64,000 nt of DNA from Patescibacteria group bacterium (GTDB lineage Bacteria > Patescibacteriota > Patescibacteriia > JAQUQO01). The notes beneath the pieces are model-generated. The model saw only the letters and a program-made list of their open reading frames with translations, ran no database searches and was not told where the DNA came from. Below are positions 8,390 through 17,706 of the stretch, one piece after another. The position numbers and the translations under genes were made by a program. The first letter of the stretch is position 1. Every line of letters begins with the position of its first letter. The stretch is from assembly GCA_028716045.1 (NCBI GenBank), contig JAQUQO010000001.1, forward strand, positions 320,942 through 384,941, given 5' to 3'.

Positions 8390-9160
8390 TTAGAATCCAT
8401 TTTTTATAAAATAATACCAGGCGCTGCGAAAAAACAGCCATTGTTTTTTAATTACTTTTTGCTGGGCAAAACTTTGTCCGCCATAATGGATAATTTTGCC
8501 CAACGGTGCAAAATAAACTTTATAACCATTTTTTTGAGCTCGTTTGCATAAATCAACCTCTTCAAACCAGATAAAAAATTTTTCGTCAAATAACCCAACT
8601 TTTTCAAACAACTCTCTTTTTATAAGTATAAAAGCGCCCATCACCTGCTCAACCTCCGCCATGGATTGGTAATTAAAATCAGTTGCTAAATACCTGCTGA
8701 CAGTGCTTAGATTTGAAAAAAGTTTTGGCAGTTTTAAAAAAATTAAAAATATCGGCCAGAATGAGGGGAATCTGCGAACCGACGGCTGAATTGTTTTATC
8801 TGCATTTAAAATTTGGCAACCGACGATTCCGGCGTCTTTTTTTGATTTAATAAAATCCAGCGTTTTTTCTATGGCCCCATCTAAAATTTCCGTATCCGGA
8901 TTTAAAATTAAAATGAAATCGCCATGGCTTTCTTTAATCCCCTGATTATTCCCTTTAGCAAACCCTTCATTTTTTTTATTCACTATTAATTTAACTTGCG
9001 GAAAATTATTTCTGACCATTTCTGCGCTTCCGTCAGTTGAGGCATTATCAATTACAAAAATTTCAAAAGAGATATTTTTTGTTTCACGATAAATTGATTC
9101 CAGACATTTTTGAAGCAAGTTTTTGACGTTCCAGCTGACGATGATTATAGATAAGTCCAT
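8390..9160 (-). CDS. family 2 glycosyltransferase
   Basis: N-terminus LSIIIVSWNVKNLLQKCLESI...FVIDNASTDGS, a GT2 DxD-type fold. Confidence 0.85.
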   Translation of the reverse strand: MDLSIIIVSWNVKNLLQKCLESIYRETKNISFEIFVIDNASTDGSAEMVRNNFPQVKLIVNKKNEGFAKGNNQGIKESHGDFILILNPDTEILDGAIEKTLDFIKSKKDAGIVGCQILNADKTIQPSVRRFPSFWPIFLIFLKLPKLFSNLSTVSRYLATDFNYQSMAEVEQVMGAFILIKRELFEKVGLFDEKFFIWFEEVDLCKRAQKNGYKVYFAPLGKIIHYGGQSFAQQKVIKKQWLFFRSAWYYFIKNGF

Positions 9161-9168
9161 ATTTCTAG

Positions 9169-9873
9169 TTATAATCCATGTTTCTTTTTAATAATTTCCC
9201 TGGCTGCTTCGTATTTTTTTACAACCTTCGGTTTCCAGCCGATTTTATTCCAGGGAATTTTATATATAAAACTTGGCAACCAATTGCTCATTGTTCCTCC
9301 GGCTTGAGCTCTAAAAAGAAATTCTGGTATCCATTTGCCGACATAACCGCGCTCCAGCATGGTCAGCCACAAATCCCAATCTTGAAATTTTTTTAACGAT
9401 TCATCGAATTCGGGAAAATGTTCGCGGCGAATCAGCGCGGTGGTATGAATGTAAGGATATTGTTTTAATTTTTCGCCGTCAAACTCGTGAAGTTTAAATT
9501 TTTTCCAGCCAAAATAAAACGAGGAATAAACATAAGAAATTTCCGGATTAGCCTCTAAAACTCCTATCATTTTTTGCAGGGCGTCGGGTTTTAAAATTAT
9601 ATCCGCATCGCAAAATAAAATATATCGCCCGCGTGACTCTTGAAATCCCCTGTTTCTCGCCTTCGGCGCCCCTCCATTCTGTTGGTTGATTATTTTAATA
9701 CGAGTTTGATATTTTTCCAATTTTTGAAGAGTGTCATCAATAGAGCCATCATTAACCACAATAACTTCAAAATCCTGGAAAGTTTGGCTAAAAATACTTT
9801 CCAGACAACGGGAAATTGTTTTTCCCGCCTGATAGGCCGGAATAAGTATACTTATTTTGGGAGGTGTTGACAT
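9169..9873 (-). CDS. family 2 glycosyltransferase
   Basis: ISILIPAYQAGKTISRCLESIFSQTFQDFEVIVVNDGSIDDT. Confidence 0.85.
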   Translation of the reverse strand: MSTPPKISILIPAYQAGKTISRCLESIFSQTFQDFEVIVVNDGSIDDTLQKLEKYQTRIKIINQQNGGAPKARNRGFQESRGRYILFCDADIILKPDALQKMIGVLEANPEISYVYSSFYFGWKKFKLHEFDGEKLKQYPYIHTTALIRREHFPEFDESLKKFQDWDLWLTMLERGYVGKWIPEFLFRAQAGGTMSNWLPSFIYKIPWNKIGWKPKVVKKYEAAREIIKKKHGL

Positions 9874-9950
9874 ATTTAGATAAAAATGCTAATTTGATAT
9901 ATAAACCAATAAGAACTTTAACAATTTAATAATCAAAGGAGGAATACGCT

Positions 9951-10217
9951 ATGGAACTTTATGTTAAAGAAAAACACGGAGGAAATACAGTGGAAGTATT
10001 AATAGGGTTGGTAACAGAAAAAGTGGAAAAAGTAAAATATCGGGGAGTGACTGTGAAAGTACCTTCTGAAGGCAAAGCCTATGTTAAAAAGAACAACAAA
10101 GTTCTTTCTTCTATCTTTTTCAGTTTTAAAAAAATGTTTATAGAAAAAATCAAGGTTGAAAGAATTGCCCCGAAAGAAGTAAAAGTAACCATATTTTTTA
10201 AGGAGGTGAAGAAGTGA
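9951..10217 (+). CDS. hypothetical protein (88 aa), first gene of a coupled pair
   Basis: Strong SD AAAGGAGG lies 8 nt upstream. Its stop overlaps the GTG start of the next gene (GTGA). Confidence 0.5.
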   Translation: MELYVKEKHGGNTVEVLIGLVTEKVEKVKYRGVTVKVPSEGKAYVKKNNKVLSSIFFSFKKMFIEKIKVERIAPKEVKVTIFFKEVKK

Positions 10218-10690
10218 AAAAAACCGAGAACCCTGCTTTAATTAAATTTAAAAAAACGGCGCGGTTTTTAGAAAAGGCAAATAACCGGAATCTGGAAAAT
10301 ACTTTCTTTTTCAATTTCCCCTTTGATATTAAACCGGGGCAAAAAAACATCTTACTTTCGGAAATCCTCAGCCATCCGGCAATTAATGATTTGGGTGTTG
10401 TTGCTGTAGAAGTTAATGAACTTGATGATGAAAAAGACAAGGTAATGACTATCCCTAATATCGGAGATGAAAAAATTTGGAATTCCAAGACTGATTATCT
10501 GCTCTTAGAGCTTCTATCTAAAGGATTATCTAAAAGCCGATGTTTTTCGGCAATCAAACAAGAGGGTGAAGTTAAAATTTTGGTTTTTCAAAGATTGAGT
10601 TCCGCGGAACTCACAGTATTATTTTTTGGCTATTTCTATGAAAAAATCAGGGATATTGAAATTGAAATAGTTGAAGTAGTTGAAGAGTAA
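10214..10690 (+). CDS. hypothetical protein (158 aa), GTG start, translationally coupled
   Basis: AGGAGG lies 7 nt upstream of GTG 10214. An acidic C-terminus. Embedded in the glycan cluster. Confidence 0.5.
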   Translation: MKKTENPALIKFKKTARFLEKANNRNLENTFFFNFPFDIKPGQKNILLSEILSHPAINDLGVVAVEVNELDDEKDKVMTIPNIGDEKIWNSKTDYLLLELLSKGLSKSRCFSAIKQEGEVKILVFQRLSSAELTVLFFGYFYEKIRDIEIEIVEVVEE

Positions 10691-10727
10691 CTGCCTTTTA
10701 CCAACAAGTAAGAGGCAGTTTTATTTT
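10691..10727. terminator. hairpin plus T-tract between convergent genes
   Basis: CTGCCT-N16-AGGCAG followed by TTTTATTTT. Confidence 0.4.
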
Positions 10728-11842
10728 AAGAAATTATTAAAATTCTGACAAATAAATTTCTCCCTTACCCCCCTTTCCCCTTGCTCCGCCAGTTGATTAT
10801 ACAATTCTTGATTTAAGAATAACTTAATAATTGCCCCCGTTATTTCTTCCACATTTTCCGGATTTACTAAAAGCCCATTAACACCATTTTTTACTGCATC
10901 GGGAACTCCGCCGCTGCGACCGGCAATAACCGGTTTACCAAATAAATTAGCTTCTAGATAAACTATGCCAAATCCCTCTACATCGCCATTGGCTAATTGT
11001 CGCGAGGGCATTATAAACACATCAGCTAAACTATGGTATAAACCCAAATCTTTCGGCTTTATTCCGCCGATAAAAATCACCTTATCTTCTAAATTGTTTT
11101 TCTCAACTAAACCCCCTAGCCGTTCTTCATCCGCTCCATCGCCAACAATCACATAAATTAAATCGGGAATTTTTAATAAAACTTCGGGCAATGCTTTGAT
11201 TACCATATCTATCCCCTTTCTCTCAACCAACCGGCCAATTGTTAAAAGAATTTTTTTATTTTTTAATCCATACGCATTTTTCAATTTTTCTATATCCTCA
11301 CTTGTTGGTTTTTGATATTGGGATAAATCAAGACAGGGATTGATGATTTTAATTTTTTCTTTCTGAACACCTAATTTATTCACCTCATTGGCAGTAAAAG
11401 AACTGTTGGCAACCACCAGCTCGGCATTTTGAAGAATTTTTACAAGCCAGATTTTTTTTCGCGGATGACTTTGCGGATGAAGTATGTCTAATCCATGCGT
11501 GTAAACAACGTAAGGAATCCGGAAAGTTTTTTTAAAAAGATACGCCACATATCCCATCGGCAAGACGTGGCTGATATGAAGCACTTCTATCTTTTCTTTT
11601 CTGACAATTTTCAGCGCGGGCAAAAAAGCCCTTAACCATTTTGGCCTGAAAATTTTATAAAGTAATTTTTTCCTATAGATTTTATAATTCTGCCTTTTAT
11701 CAAACTCCTTGTCGCCGGAAATTTTATTCGCTAAAACACAAATCCTGTCTTCCGGCAAATGAGAAAAGATATTGTAAAGATAGTTGGCTATCCCTCCAAT
11801 TTGCGGTGGAAATTCAAGAGTAATAAGAAGAATTTTTTTCAT
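10721..11842 (-). CDS. GT4 (family 1) glycosyltransferase
   Basis: EGFGIVYLEANLFGKPVIAGRSGGVPDAV, the Glycos_transf_1 signature. Confidence 0.9.
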   Translation of the reverse strand: MKKILLITLEFPPQIGGIANYLYNIFSHLPEDRICVLANKISGDKEFDKRQNYKIYRKKLLYKIFRPKWLRAFLPALKIVRKEKIEVLHISHVLPMGYVAYLFKKTFRIPYVVYTHGLDILHPQSHPRKKIWLVKILQNAELVVANSSFTANEVNKLGVQKEKIKIINPCLDLSQYQKPTSEDIEKLKNAYGLKNKKILLTIGRLVERKGIDMVIKALPEVLLKIPDLIYVIVGDGADEERLGGLVEKNNLEDKVIFIGGIKPKDLGLYHSLADVFIMPSRQLANGDVEGFGIVYLEANLFGKPVIAGRSGGVPDAVKNGVNGLLVNPENVEEITGAIIKLFLNQELYNQLAEQGERGVREKFICQNFNNFLK

Positions 11843-11848
11843 AAAATC

Positions 11849-13297
11849 TTAAGTGCTATCCTCTTTTTTGAAAAGTGTTCTAAAAATTTTAGTCACATCT
11901 TCTTTGGTTAAACCCCTAACCAACATCAAAAAACCAAAAAAAGAGATAATCCCCGCGGGAACCCCTAAAATCCAGTTTATATACGTTTTAGTATAAAATA
12001 CCATAAAACCCATAAAGACCCCAGAAATCGTCGTTTTAAGGGCAAATTTGAGCAAATTTAGGCCTGTTCCAGGCACAATTCGAAAAACCCAGAACAAATC
12101 CAGTACTAAAAATAAACTATGGCCAGATAGGGCGGAAATTACGGCCCCCAAAAGTCCCAATCGCGGAATAAGTATTATATTTAAAATTATATTTATTAAC
12201 GAGGCAATCCCCATATTGGTTGTATGTGTAGTTTGTTTATCACAAGCATTCATTAAGGAACCGACGGGGTATGTTAAAAATATTGGGATAATGGAAAAAA
12301 TTAAAATCTGTAAAAGCGGGATGGAAGTCAGATAGTTATTACCGTAAACCGTTTTGATAAGCTCGGGTGCCAAGACCGCCGTGCCGATGGCGGTTGGGAT
12401 GGAAATTATCATTAAGTAAAACATTGATTTTTCAAAAATCCCCGACAATTTTTCTTTGGCAGAAACATAACAGGAGCTCATCGCCGGAAAAATAGAAGCG
12501 GCAAAAGCCATGGGAATAAATTGTAAAGCGAAGGTAATTTTATAAGGTACGCTATACCAGCCAACATGCGTTTCGGAAAGCATTTTGGAAATCAAAACTG
12601 AATCCACGGAATTTATTTTTACAAAAATTCCCGCTAAAGCAAAAGGTATGGCTATTTTAAAAAGAAATTTAATTATTTCTTTGTTATACGAAAGGGTTGG
12701 CCAAAATTGGAATTTTTTAACCAGTAAAAGCAGGGAATAGATAAAATTAAATAAGCTATTGCTTAGAACGGCGATAATCAACCAATGTATCGGCCAATGA
12801 AACGCTAGGGCGGAGCCACCGATAATCAAGGTAAGTGTCTGACCGATTATTACGCCCAAAGCTTCGTATTTTAGATTTTGATGAGCGCGAAAAATACCGT
12901 AAAAACTTAAATGAAAAGAATCTAAAAGCATGATAACGCAGGCAATATAAACAAGCTGTCTGGTAATCTCGCTATAACCCAATAAATTAATAAAAATAAT
13001 TACGGCGGCGGAAGCGAGAAAAGAGAGAATCAATTTAACGCCCAAAATATTGTTTAGATATTCAATGGTTTTCCCCTTAAATTTCGCGACCTCGCGAACC
13101 AATACGGACGAAAGGCCTAAATCAACAAAAATAGAAAAAACTGTGGTAAAAGAAAGGGCGAAGAAATATTTACCGGTATCCTCTACTCCGGCTAAACGGG
13201 CAATTAAAGTAAAAAAAATAAAGGACAAAATTTTTTGCCCTATAAACGCTCCAGTCAGATAAGCCGTATTTCTGGTTATTTGCGCCCCTTCTTGCAT
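11849..13297 (-). CDS. polysaccharide flippase (Wzx / MOP superfamily)
   Basis: 482 aa with about 12-14 TM segments. N-terminal pattern typical of Wzx-family polysaccharide biosynthesis proteins. Confidence 0.72.
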   Translation of the reverse strand: MQEGAQITRNTAYLTGAFIGQKILSFIFFTLIARLAGVEDTGKYFFALSFTTVFSIFVDLGLSSVLVREVAKFKGKTIEYLNNILGVKLILSFLASAAVIIFINLLGYSEITRQLVYIACVIMLLDSFHLSFYGIFRAHQNLKYEALGVIIGQTLTLIIGGSALAFHWPIHWLIIAVLSNSLFNFIYSLLLLVKKFQFWPTLSYNKEIIKFLFKIAIPFALAGIFVKINSVDSVLISKMLSETHVGWYSVPYKITFALQFIPMAFAASIFPAMSSCYVSAKEKLSGIFEKSMFYLMIISIPTAIGTAVLAPELIKTVYGNNYLTSIPLLQILIFSIIPIFLTYPVGSLMNACDKQTTHTTNMGIASLINIILNIILIPRLGLLGAVISALSGHSLFLVLDLFWVFRIVPGTGLNLLKFALKTTISGVFMGFMVFYTKTYINWILGVPAGIISFFGFLMLVRGLTKEDVTKIFRTLFKKEDST

Positions 13298-13373
13298 ATA
13301 GTTCTTATATTTTAGCTGATTTTGCAGTAAAAGACAATATTTCTTAAAAATGGTAAAATAACAAAATAAATTT

Positions 13374-14213
13374 ATGGAAACAAACTCTTATAACAATAAA
13401 GACGCCACGAGATATTATATTAAAGACCGGCAACGATTTGGCTGGAGAAATAGGGGCGAAAGAGTTGTAAAATTTACACCCATAAAAGAAGGGTGGACGG
13501 TTTTAGATTTATGTTGCGGACCCGGTTTTACGGCAAAAGTCATTCGCGAACAAATTGGCAAAGAAGGAGAAATAGTCGGCATTGATAATTCCAAACTCTT
13601 TATTAAATATGCTAGGAAATTTTGTAGTTTTAAAAATGCTAAATTTAAACACGGAGACGTTCAAAGTTTAAATAAACTAATAGGTATCCGAAAGTTTGAT
13701 GTTGTGTTGCTTTTAGCTTCGTGGCTGTGGATAAAAAATAAAAAAGCATTGCTTAAAAAAATTGAGAGAGCCCTGGGACCCGATGGGAGATTTGTATTAA
13801 GTTTAACTAGTGATAATTTACTTCATAAAAAAACAAGAAAATTTTATTGGCAATTCAGAAAGAATCTTAAGGAAGCTATTGAAAACCAATATCCAGATAT
13901 AAATCATAGATATTTAGATGATTTGCCAAATTTAAACGCAAAGTATTTAAAAGAAGCTATTTCACTAATAAAAAAGGCTGGCTTTAACCATTTGAATATT
14001 TATGAGGTTAAGAGAAATTTTACTAAAAACGATAAATTGTTTACTTATAAAAATTCCGCCCGAACAGAATGGTTAAGGGGATTACTACCTAAAGATAGGT
14101 TTAAAATTATTAAAAAGGCCCTAATAAAAACTTTTTCTGATTTAAAATTATCTGCAATACAAAGGCATACTTACTATATTGTTTTTAAAAAAATTAAAGC
14201 AAAAAAGGCCTAA
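13374..14213 (+). CDS. class I SAM-dependent methyltransferase
   Basis: Motif I VLDLCCGPGFTAKV; acidic motif II GDVQ. Confidence 0.72.
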   Translation: METNSYNNKDATRYYIKDRQRFGWRNRGERVVKFTPIKEGWTVLDLCCGPGFTAKVIREQIGKEGEIVGIDNSKLFIKYARKFCSFKNAKFKHGDVQSLNKLIGIRKFDVVLLLASWLWIKNKKALLKKIERALGPDGRFVLSLTSDNLLHKKTRKFYWQFRKNLKEAIENQYPDINHRYLDDLPNLNAKYLKEAISLIKKAGFNHLNIYEVKRNFTKNDKLFTYKNSARTEWLRGLLPKDRFKIIKKALIKTFSDLKLSAIQRHTYYIVFKKIKAKKA

Positions 14214-14321
14214 GTGATTTTTAACAGGGGTCCTTTGATAAGTCTTGTAATTTTAATTTATATATGTTAGAATAAAAACGAGATAATCTTTTAATAATTT
14301 TCCATTTGAGGAGGGTTCAAG

Positions 14322-14507
14322 ATGGACAGAAAGCTACTAAAAGAGTGGGATGAGTCACTCCCTGATAATTTTGATGAGGTTTTGGAAGGAAGATTATTGG
14401 CGGAATCAGAAAGGTGGCTTCAAACATGTCATCTTTCTGCGGAAGCAAAAAGTAACATTCATCAAAGGTTGATGCAAAAACGCCAGGAACTCATGAAAGC
14501 CGCTTAA
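14322..14507 (+). CDS. small hypothetical protein (61 aa), member of a two-copy paralog family in this window
   Basis: SD GAGGAGGG upstream. N-terminus MDRKLLKEWDESLPDNFDEVLEGRLLAESERW matches the N-terminus of the 28419-28775 ORF. Confidence 0.5.
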   Translation: MDRKLLKEWDESLPDNFDEVLEGRLLAESERWLQTCHLSAEAKSNIHQRLMQKRQELMKAA

Positions 14508-14544
14508 AAAAGTGGCTTTTTAAATTTGGCAAATACAGCTTATA

Positions 14545-15588
14545 TTAGATAATTAACATCCCATCGCCGAAAGAAAAGAATTTACAATTTTTTTTGATAG
14601 CTTTTTTGTATACTGATAAAAGTTTTTCTCTGCCTATCAGCGCGGCAACGAGCATCAGTAAACTGGATTGTGGTACATGAAAATTGGTGATTAGCCCGTC
14701 TATAGATTTAAATTTATAGCCTTCACTGATAAATAAATCTGTGGTTCCGGACAATTTTTTGATTTTCCCTTGTTTGCCAACCGCCGATTCCAAGGTTCTA
14801 ACCACGGTAGTCCCTACTCCAATAACCGGTCGCCCCGACTTTTTTACTTTAGTCAAAAAATTTGCGGTGTTCCTGTCTATTTTATAATACTCTTTGTGCA
14901 GTCGTCCGGATAAGATGTTCTCTTCGGTAAGCGGGGCAAAAGTCCCGAGATTAACGTGTAAAGTAATAAAGACAGTTTTAATCCCTTGTTTTTTGAGTTT
15001 TGTCAAAAGCCGTTTGGTAAAATGCAAAGAAGCTGTAGGCGCCGCGACTGAACCCGGTTCGCGGGCAAAAATTGTTTGATATTGTTTTTTGATTTCCCTT
15101 GGTGTAAGCGGCGAGTTCTTAATATACGGTGGTATAGGGGCCTCACCTTTTTCATTCAATACCGCAAAAAATTTTTTAAACAAGAATGACGGCTTCAAGA
15201 AATAATATTTACCTTTTTGTTTAATTACCCTTAAGGGCATACTTTTATCTAAATACAAAACGGAAGGGATATTTATTTTGCGGTCAGCCATAACTTTCAA
15301 AACATTTTTCTCTTTACTTAAATATAAAATACGCACCTTACCGCCAGTATCTTTTTTTAAAGTAAGTCGCGCTGGGATAACTTTTGTTTCATTAAAAACC
15401 AAAACCGCCCGGGGCGGGAGATATTTTGGCAGATTAGAAAAAGTGTCCCAAAAAATTGCGCCGTCCTTTCTTCTATAAATCAAAAGTTTGGCTTTATCAC
15501 GAGGAGAAGCCGGTTTTTGAGCGATTAATTTTTTCGGAAGTTTATAATCGTATCTTTTTAAAAACGCTTCAAGATTTTGTGTAGGCAT
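14545..15588 (-). CDS. queA: S-adenosylmethionine:tRNA ribosyltransferase-isomerase
   Basis: IAQKPASPRDKAKLL, VGTTVVRTLES. Confidence 0.93.
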   Translation of the reverse strand: MPTQNLEAFLKRYDYKLPKKLIAQKPASPRDKAKLLIYRRKDGAIFWDTFSNLPKYLPPRAVLVFNETKVIPARLTLKKDTGGKVRILYLSKEKNVLKVMADRKINIPSVLYLDKSMPLRVIKQKGKYYFLKPSFLFKKFFAVLNEKGEAPIPPYIKNSPLTPREIKKQYQTIFAREPGSVAAPTASLHFTKRLLTKLKKQGIKTVFITLHVNLGTFAPLTEENILSGRLHKEYYKIDRNTANFLTKVKKSGRPVIGVGTTVVRTLESAVGKQGKIKKLSGTTDLFISEGYKFKSIDGLITNFHVPQSSLLMLVAALIGREKLLSVYKKAIKKNCKFFSFGDGMLII

Positions 15589-15625
15589 ATCTTGTATTAT
15601 ACCAGATTGAGAGGAAGAATTAGTT

Positions 15626-15658
15626 TAAAAACCGTCCGATAAAATCAGGCGGTTTTTG
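15626..15658. terminator. bidirectional terminator downstream of rpsI
   Basis: AAAA ACCGTCCGA taaaa TCAGGCGGT TTTTT, with one mismatch in the stem. Confidence 0.5.
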
Positions 15659-15709
15659 TATTAAATTAGATTAATTTTAATTCCCGTAAGTTAATTTTTA
15701 TCCGCATTT

Positions 15710-16138
15710 TTAACGTTTGGCCCATTGCGGCGCGCGGCGAGCTCTCTTTAGGCCGGGTTTCTTTCTTTCTTTAACTCTTGGGTCTCTGGTTAAAAATCCT
15801 TCCGCTCGCAATACGGCCTTAAATTCCTCTGGTTTTAATGCTATTAAAGCCCTGGAAATACCATGTCTTACAGCTTCAGATTGACCGTGGACTCCACCGC
15901 CGTTAATTATAACGGAAACATCAACCTTCTTATCAAGGCCGACCAGTTTGAGTGGGGCCAATACATTGCGTTGCTGTTCAACTCTCGGAAAATGTTGTGT
16001 GTAATCCTTCCCGTTTATTTTAATCTCACCTTTGCCTTTCTCATATAAACGAACTCGCGCCGTAGCGCTTTTCCTCCGCCCCACTCCGTAAAAATATTTG
16101 CGCGCGTCTTTAATTGTTTCCGTAGTTTTTATCGCCAT
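15710..16138 (-). CDS. rpsI: 30S ribosomal protein S9
   Basis: GGGVHGQSEAVRHGISRALI...RAPQWAKR. Confidence 0.95.
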   Translation of the reverse strand: MAIKTTETIKDARKYFYGVGRRKSATARVRLYEKGKGEIKINGKDYTQHFPRVEQQRNVLAPLKLVGLDKKVDVSVIINGGGVHGQSEAVRHGISRALIALKPEEFKAVLRAEGFLTRDPRVKERKKPGLKRARRAPQWAKR

Positions 16139-16140
16139 AA

Positions 16141-16503
16141 CTATTTAATAATTAAACGTTTAATCATTTCGTTTCTTAAGGTATTCTTCGGCAACATTCC
16201 CCAAACTGCTTTTTTCAGGGCCTCGGCCATGGAGATATCTTTTAACTTTTTAGCTTTTAATCCGCCCAAATAAAGCGAAGTGTGATAATATGTTTTTTGA
16301 GTTAATTTTTTACCAGTGACTTTTATTTTGTCAGAGTTGCTAACTTCAACAAAATCCCCGCCGTCAACATTGGGGACAAAACTCGCTTTATTTTTTCCGC
16401 GTAAAATCATAGCGATTGTGCTTGCCAATCGTCCGAGGATTTTACCGGTAGCGTCTAGTTTGTAAATTTTTCGTGCTATCTTTTTTACCATAATATTATA
16501 CAA
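16141..16503 (-). CDS. rplM: 50S ribosomal protein L13
   Basis: DATGKILGRLAS...GKNKASFVPNVDGGDFV...LYLGG...GMLPKN. Confidence 0.93.
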   Translation of the reverse strand: MYNIMVKKIARKIYKLDATGKILGRLASTIAMILRGKNKASFVPNVDGGDFVEVSNSDKIKVTGKKLTQKTYYHTSLYLGGLKAKKLKDISMAEALKKAVWGMLPKNTLRNEMIKRLIIK

Positions 16504-16846
16504 ATTCTATTTTTGCCATTCTGGCTCCATCGCCCTTGCGGGGAATTATTTTAGTAATTCTTGTATATCCACCCTTTCTGTCTTTATAACGAGGAGCTAA
16601 ATCTTCAAGTATCTTTTTAACCGCGCTTTCCGTATAAAGAATGCTTAAAAGCTCGCGGCGAACCGTTAGATTGTTTCTTTTTCCTTTGGTGATAAGTTTT
16701 TCCACGAAAGGTCTTAAGGCTTTAGCTTTGGCTTCGGTCGTTTTTATCTTTTCATACAAAATAAAACTAGTCGCCAAGGAACGTAATAGCGCTCCCCGCG
16801 CCGCTTTCGCTCTATCCAAAATTTTGCCCCGCTTTAGATGTCGCAT
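16496..16846 (-). CDS. rplQ: 50S ribosomal protein L17
   Basis: MRHLKRGKILDRAKAARGALLRSLATSFILYEKIKTTEAKAKALRPFVEKLIT. Confidence 0.93.
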   Translation of the reverse strand: MRHLKRGKILDRAKAARGALLRSLATSFILYEKIKTTEAKAKALRPFVEKLITKGKRNNLTVRRELLSILYTESAVKKILEDLAPRYKDRKGGYTRITKIIPRKGDGARMAKIEFV

Positions 16847-16851
16847 AAATA

Positions 16852-17685
16852 TTATTTTTTCGCTTTAGCAGTTTTTTTTACAGCTTTCTTTTTTGTTTCT
16901 TTTTTCTCATTTTTTTCTTCTTCCCCTTTATCATCACTATTTTCTTCTTTAATTTCTCCCTTATCAGCAGATGCCTTTTTCTTTGATTTATTCTCATTTA
17001 CCAAATCCATCAAAAGATTAAAATGGTTAAGTAAAATTTGAACGGACTGTTTAAAGGCCTCCTCCGGAGAGATGGTTCCATCAGTAACCACCTCTAAAAT
17101 CAATTTATCGTAGTTTGTAATCTGACCAACGCGGACATTCTCCGTTTTAAACCCCACATTTTTAGCCGGAGAAAATATGGAATCAATGGCGATTTCCCCT
17201 ATTTCTAAATTTTTTCTGTCTCTCATTTCAGTAGTGATATAACCACGGCCTTGGCTAACGGTAATTTCCATATCTAATTCGGCATCTTTATCGGTCAAGG
17301 TGGCAATATGAAGGTTTTTATTGATAATTTCCACGTCGGACGATTTTGAGATATCATCAGCAGTAACCTCTTTCTCACCCTTTACTTTTAAATTTAATTT
17401 AACCGGTTCTTCGCTAAAAACTTTTAAACGCAATTGTTTTAGGTTTAAAATTATTTCAATCACATCTTCTAAAACGTGAGGAATCGCCGAAAATTCATGG
17501 TCAACACCCTTAACTTTAAAACTGGTCACCGCCGCTCCCGGCAAAGAAGACAGTAAAACTCTTCGTAAGGCGTTTCCTAAAGTCAAACCATAACCAAAAT
17601 AACAAGGGGAGATTGTAAAAATCGCTTTATTTTCCTCCTTGCTTTTAGTTATTTCAACTTGCGAAGGCAAAATTATATTTTCCAT
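16852..17685 (-). CDS. rpoA: DNA-directed RNA polymerase alpha subunit: N-terminal domain only, followed by a Lys/Glu-rich tail (no alpha-CTD)
   Basis: The NTD is conserved (LGNALRRVLLSSLPGAAVT...). The last ~50 aa are low-complexity K/E-rich sequence in place of the ~85-aa DNA-binding CTD. Confidence 0.88.
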   Translation of the reverse strand: MENIILPSQVEITKSKEENKAIFTISPCYFGYGLTLGNALRRVLLSSLPGAAVTSFKVKGVDHEFSAIPHVLEDVIEIILNLKQLRLKVFSEEPVKLNLKVKGEKEVTADDISKSSDVEIINKNLHIATLTDKDAELDMEITVSQGRGYITTEMRDRKNLEIGEIAIDSIFSPAKNVGFKTENVRVGQITNYDKLILEVVTDGTISPEEAFKQSVQILLNHFNLLMDLVNENKSKKKASADKGEIKEENSDDKGEEEKNEKKETKKKAVKKTAKAKK

Positions 17686-17706
17686 AAGTTGAAAATTATT
17701 TTTTGA

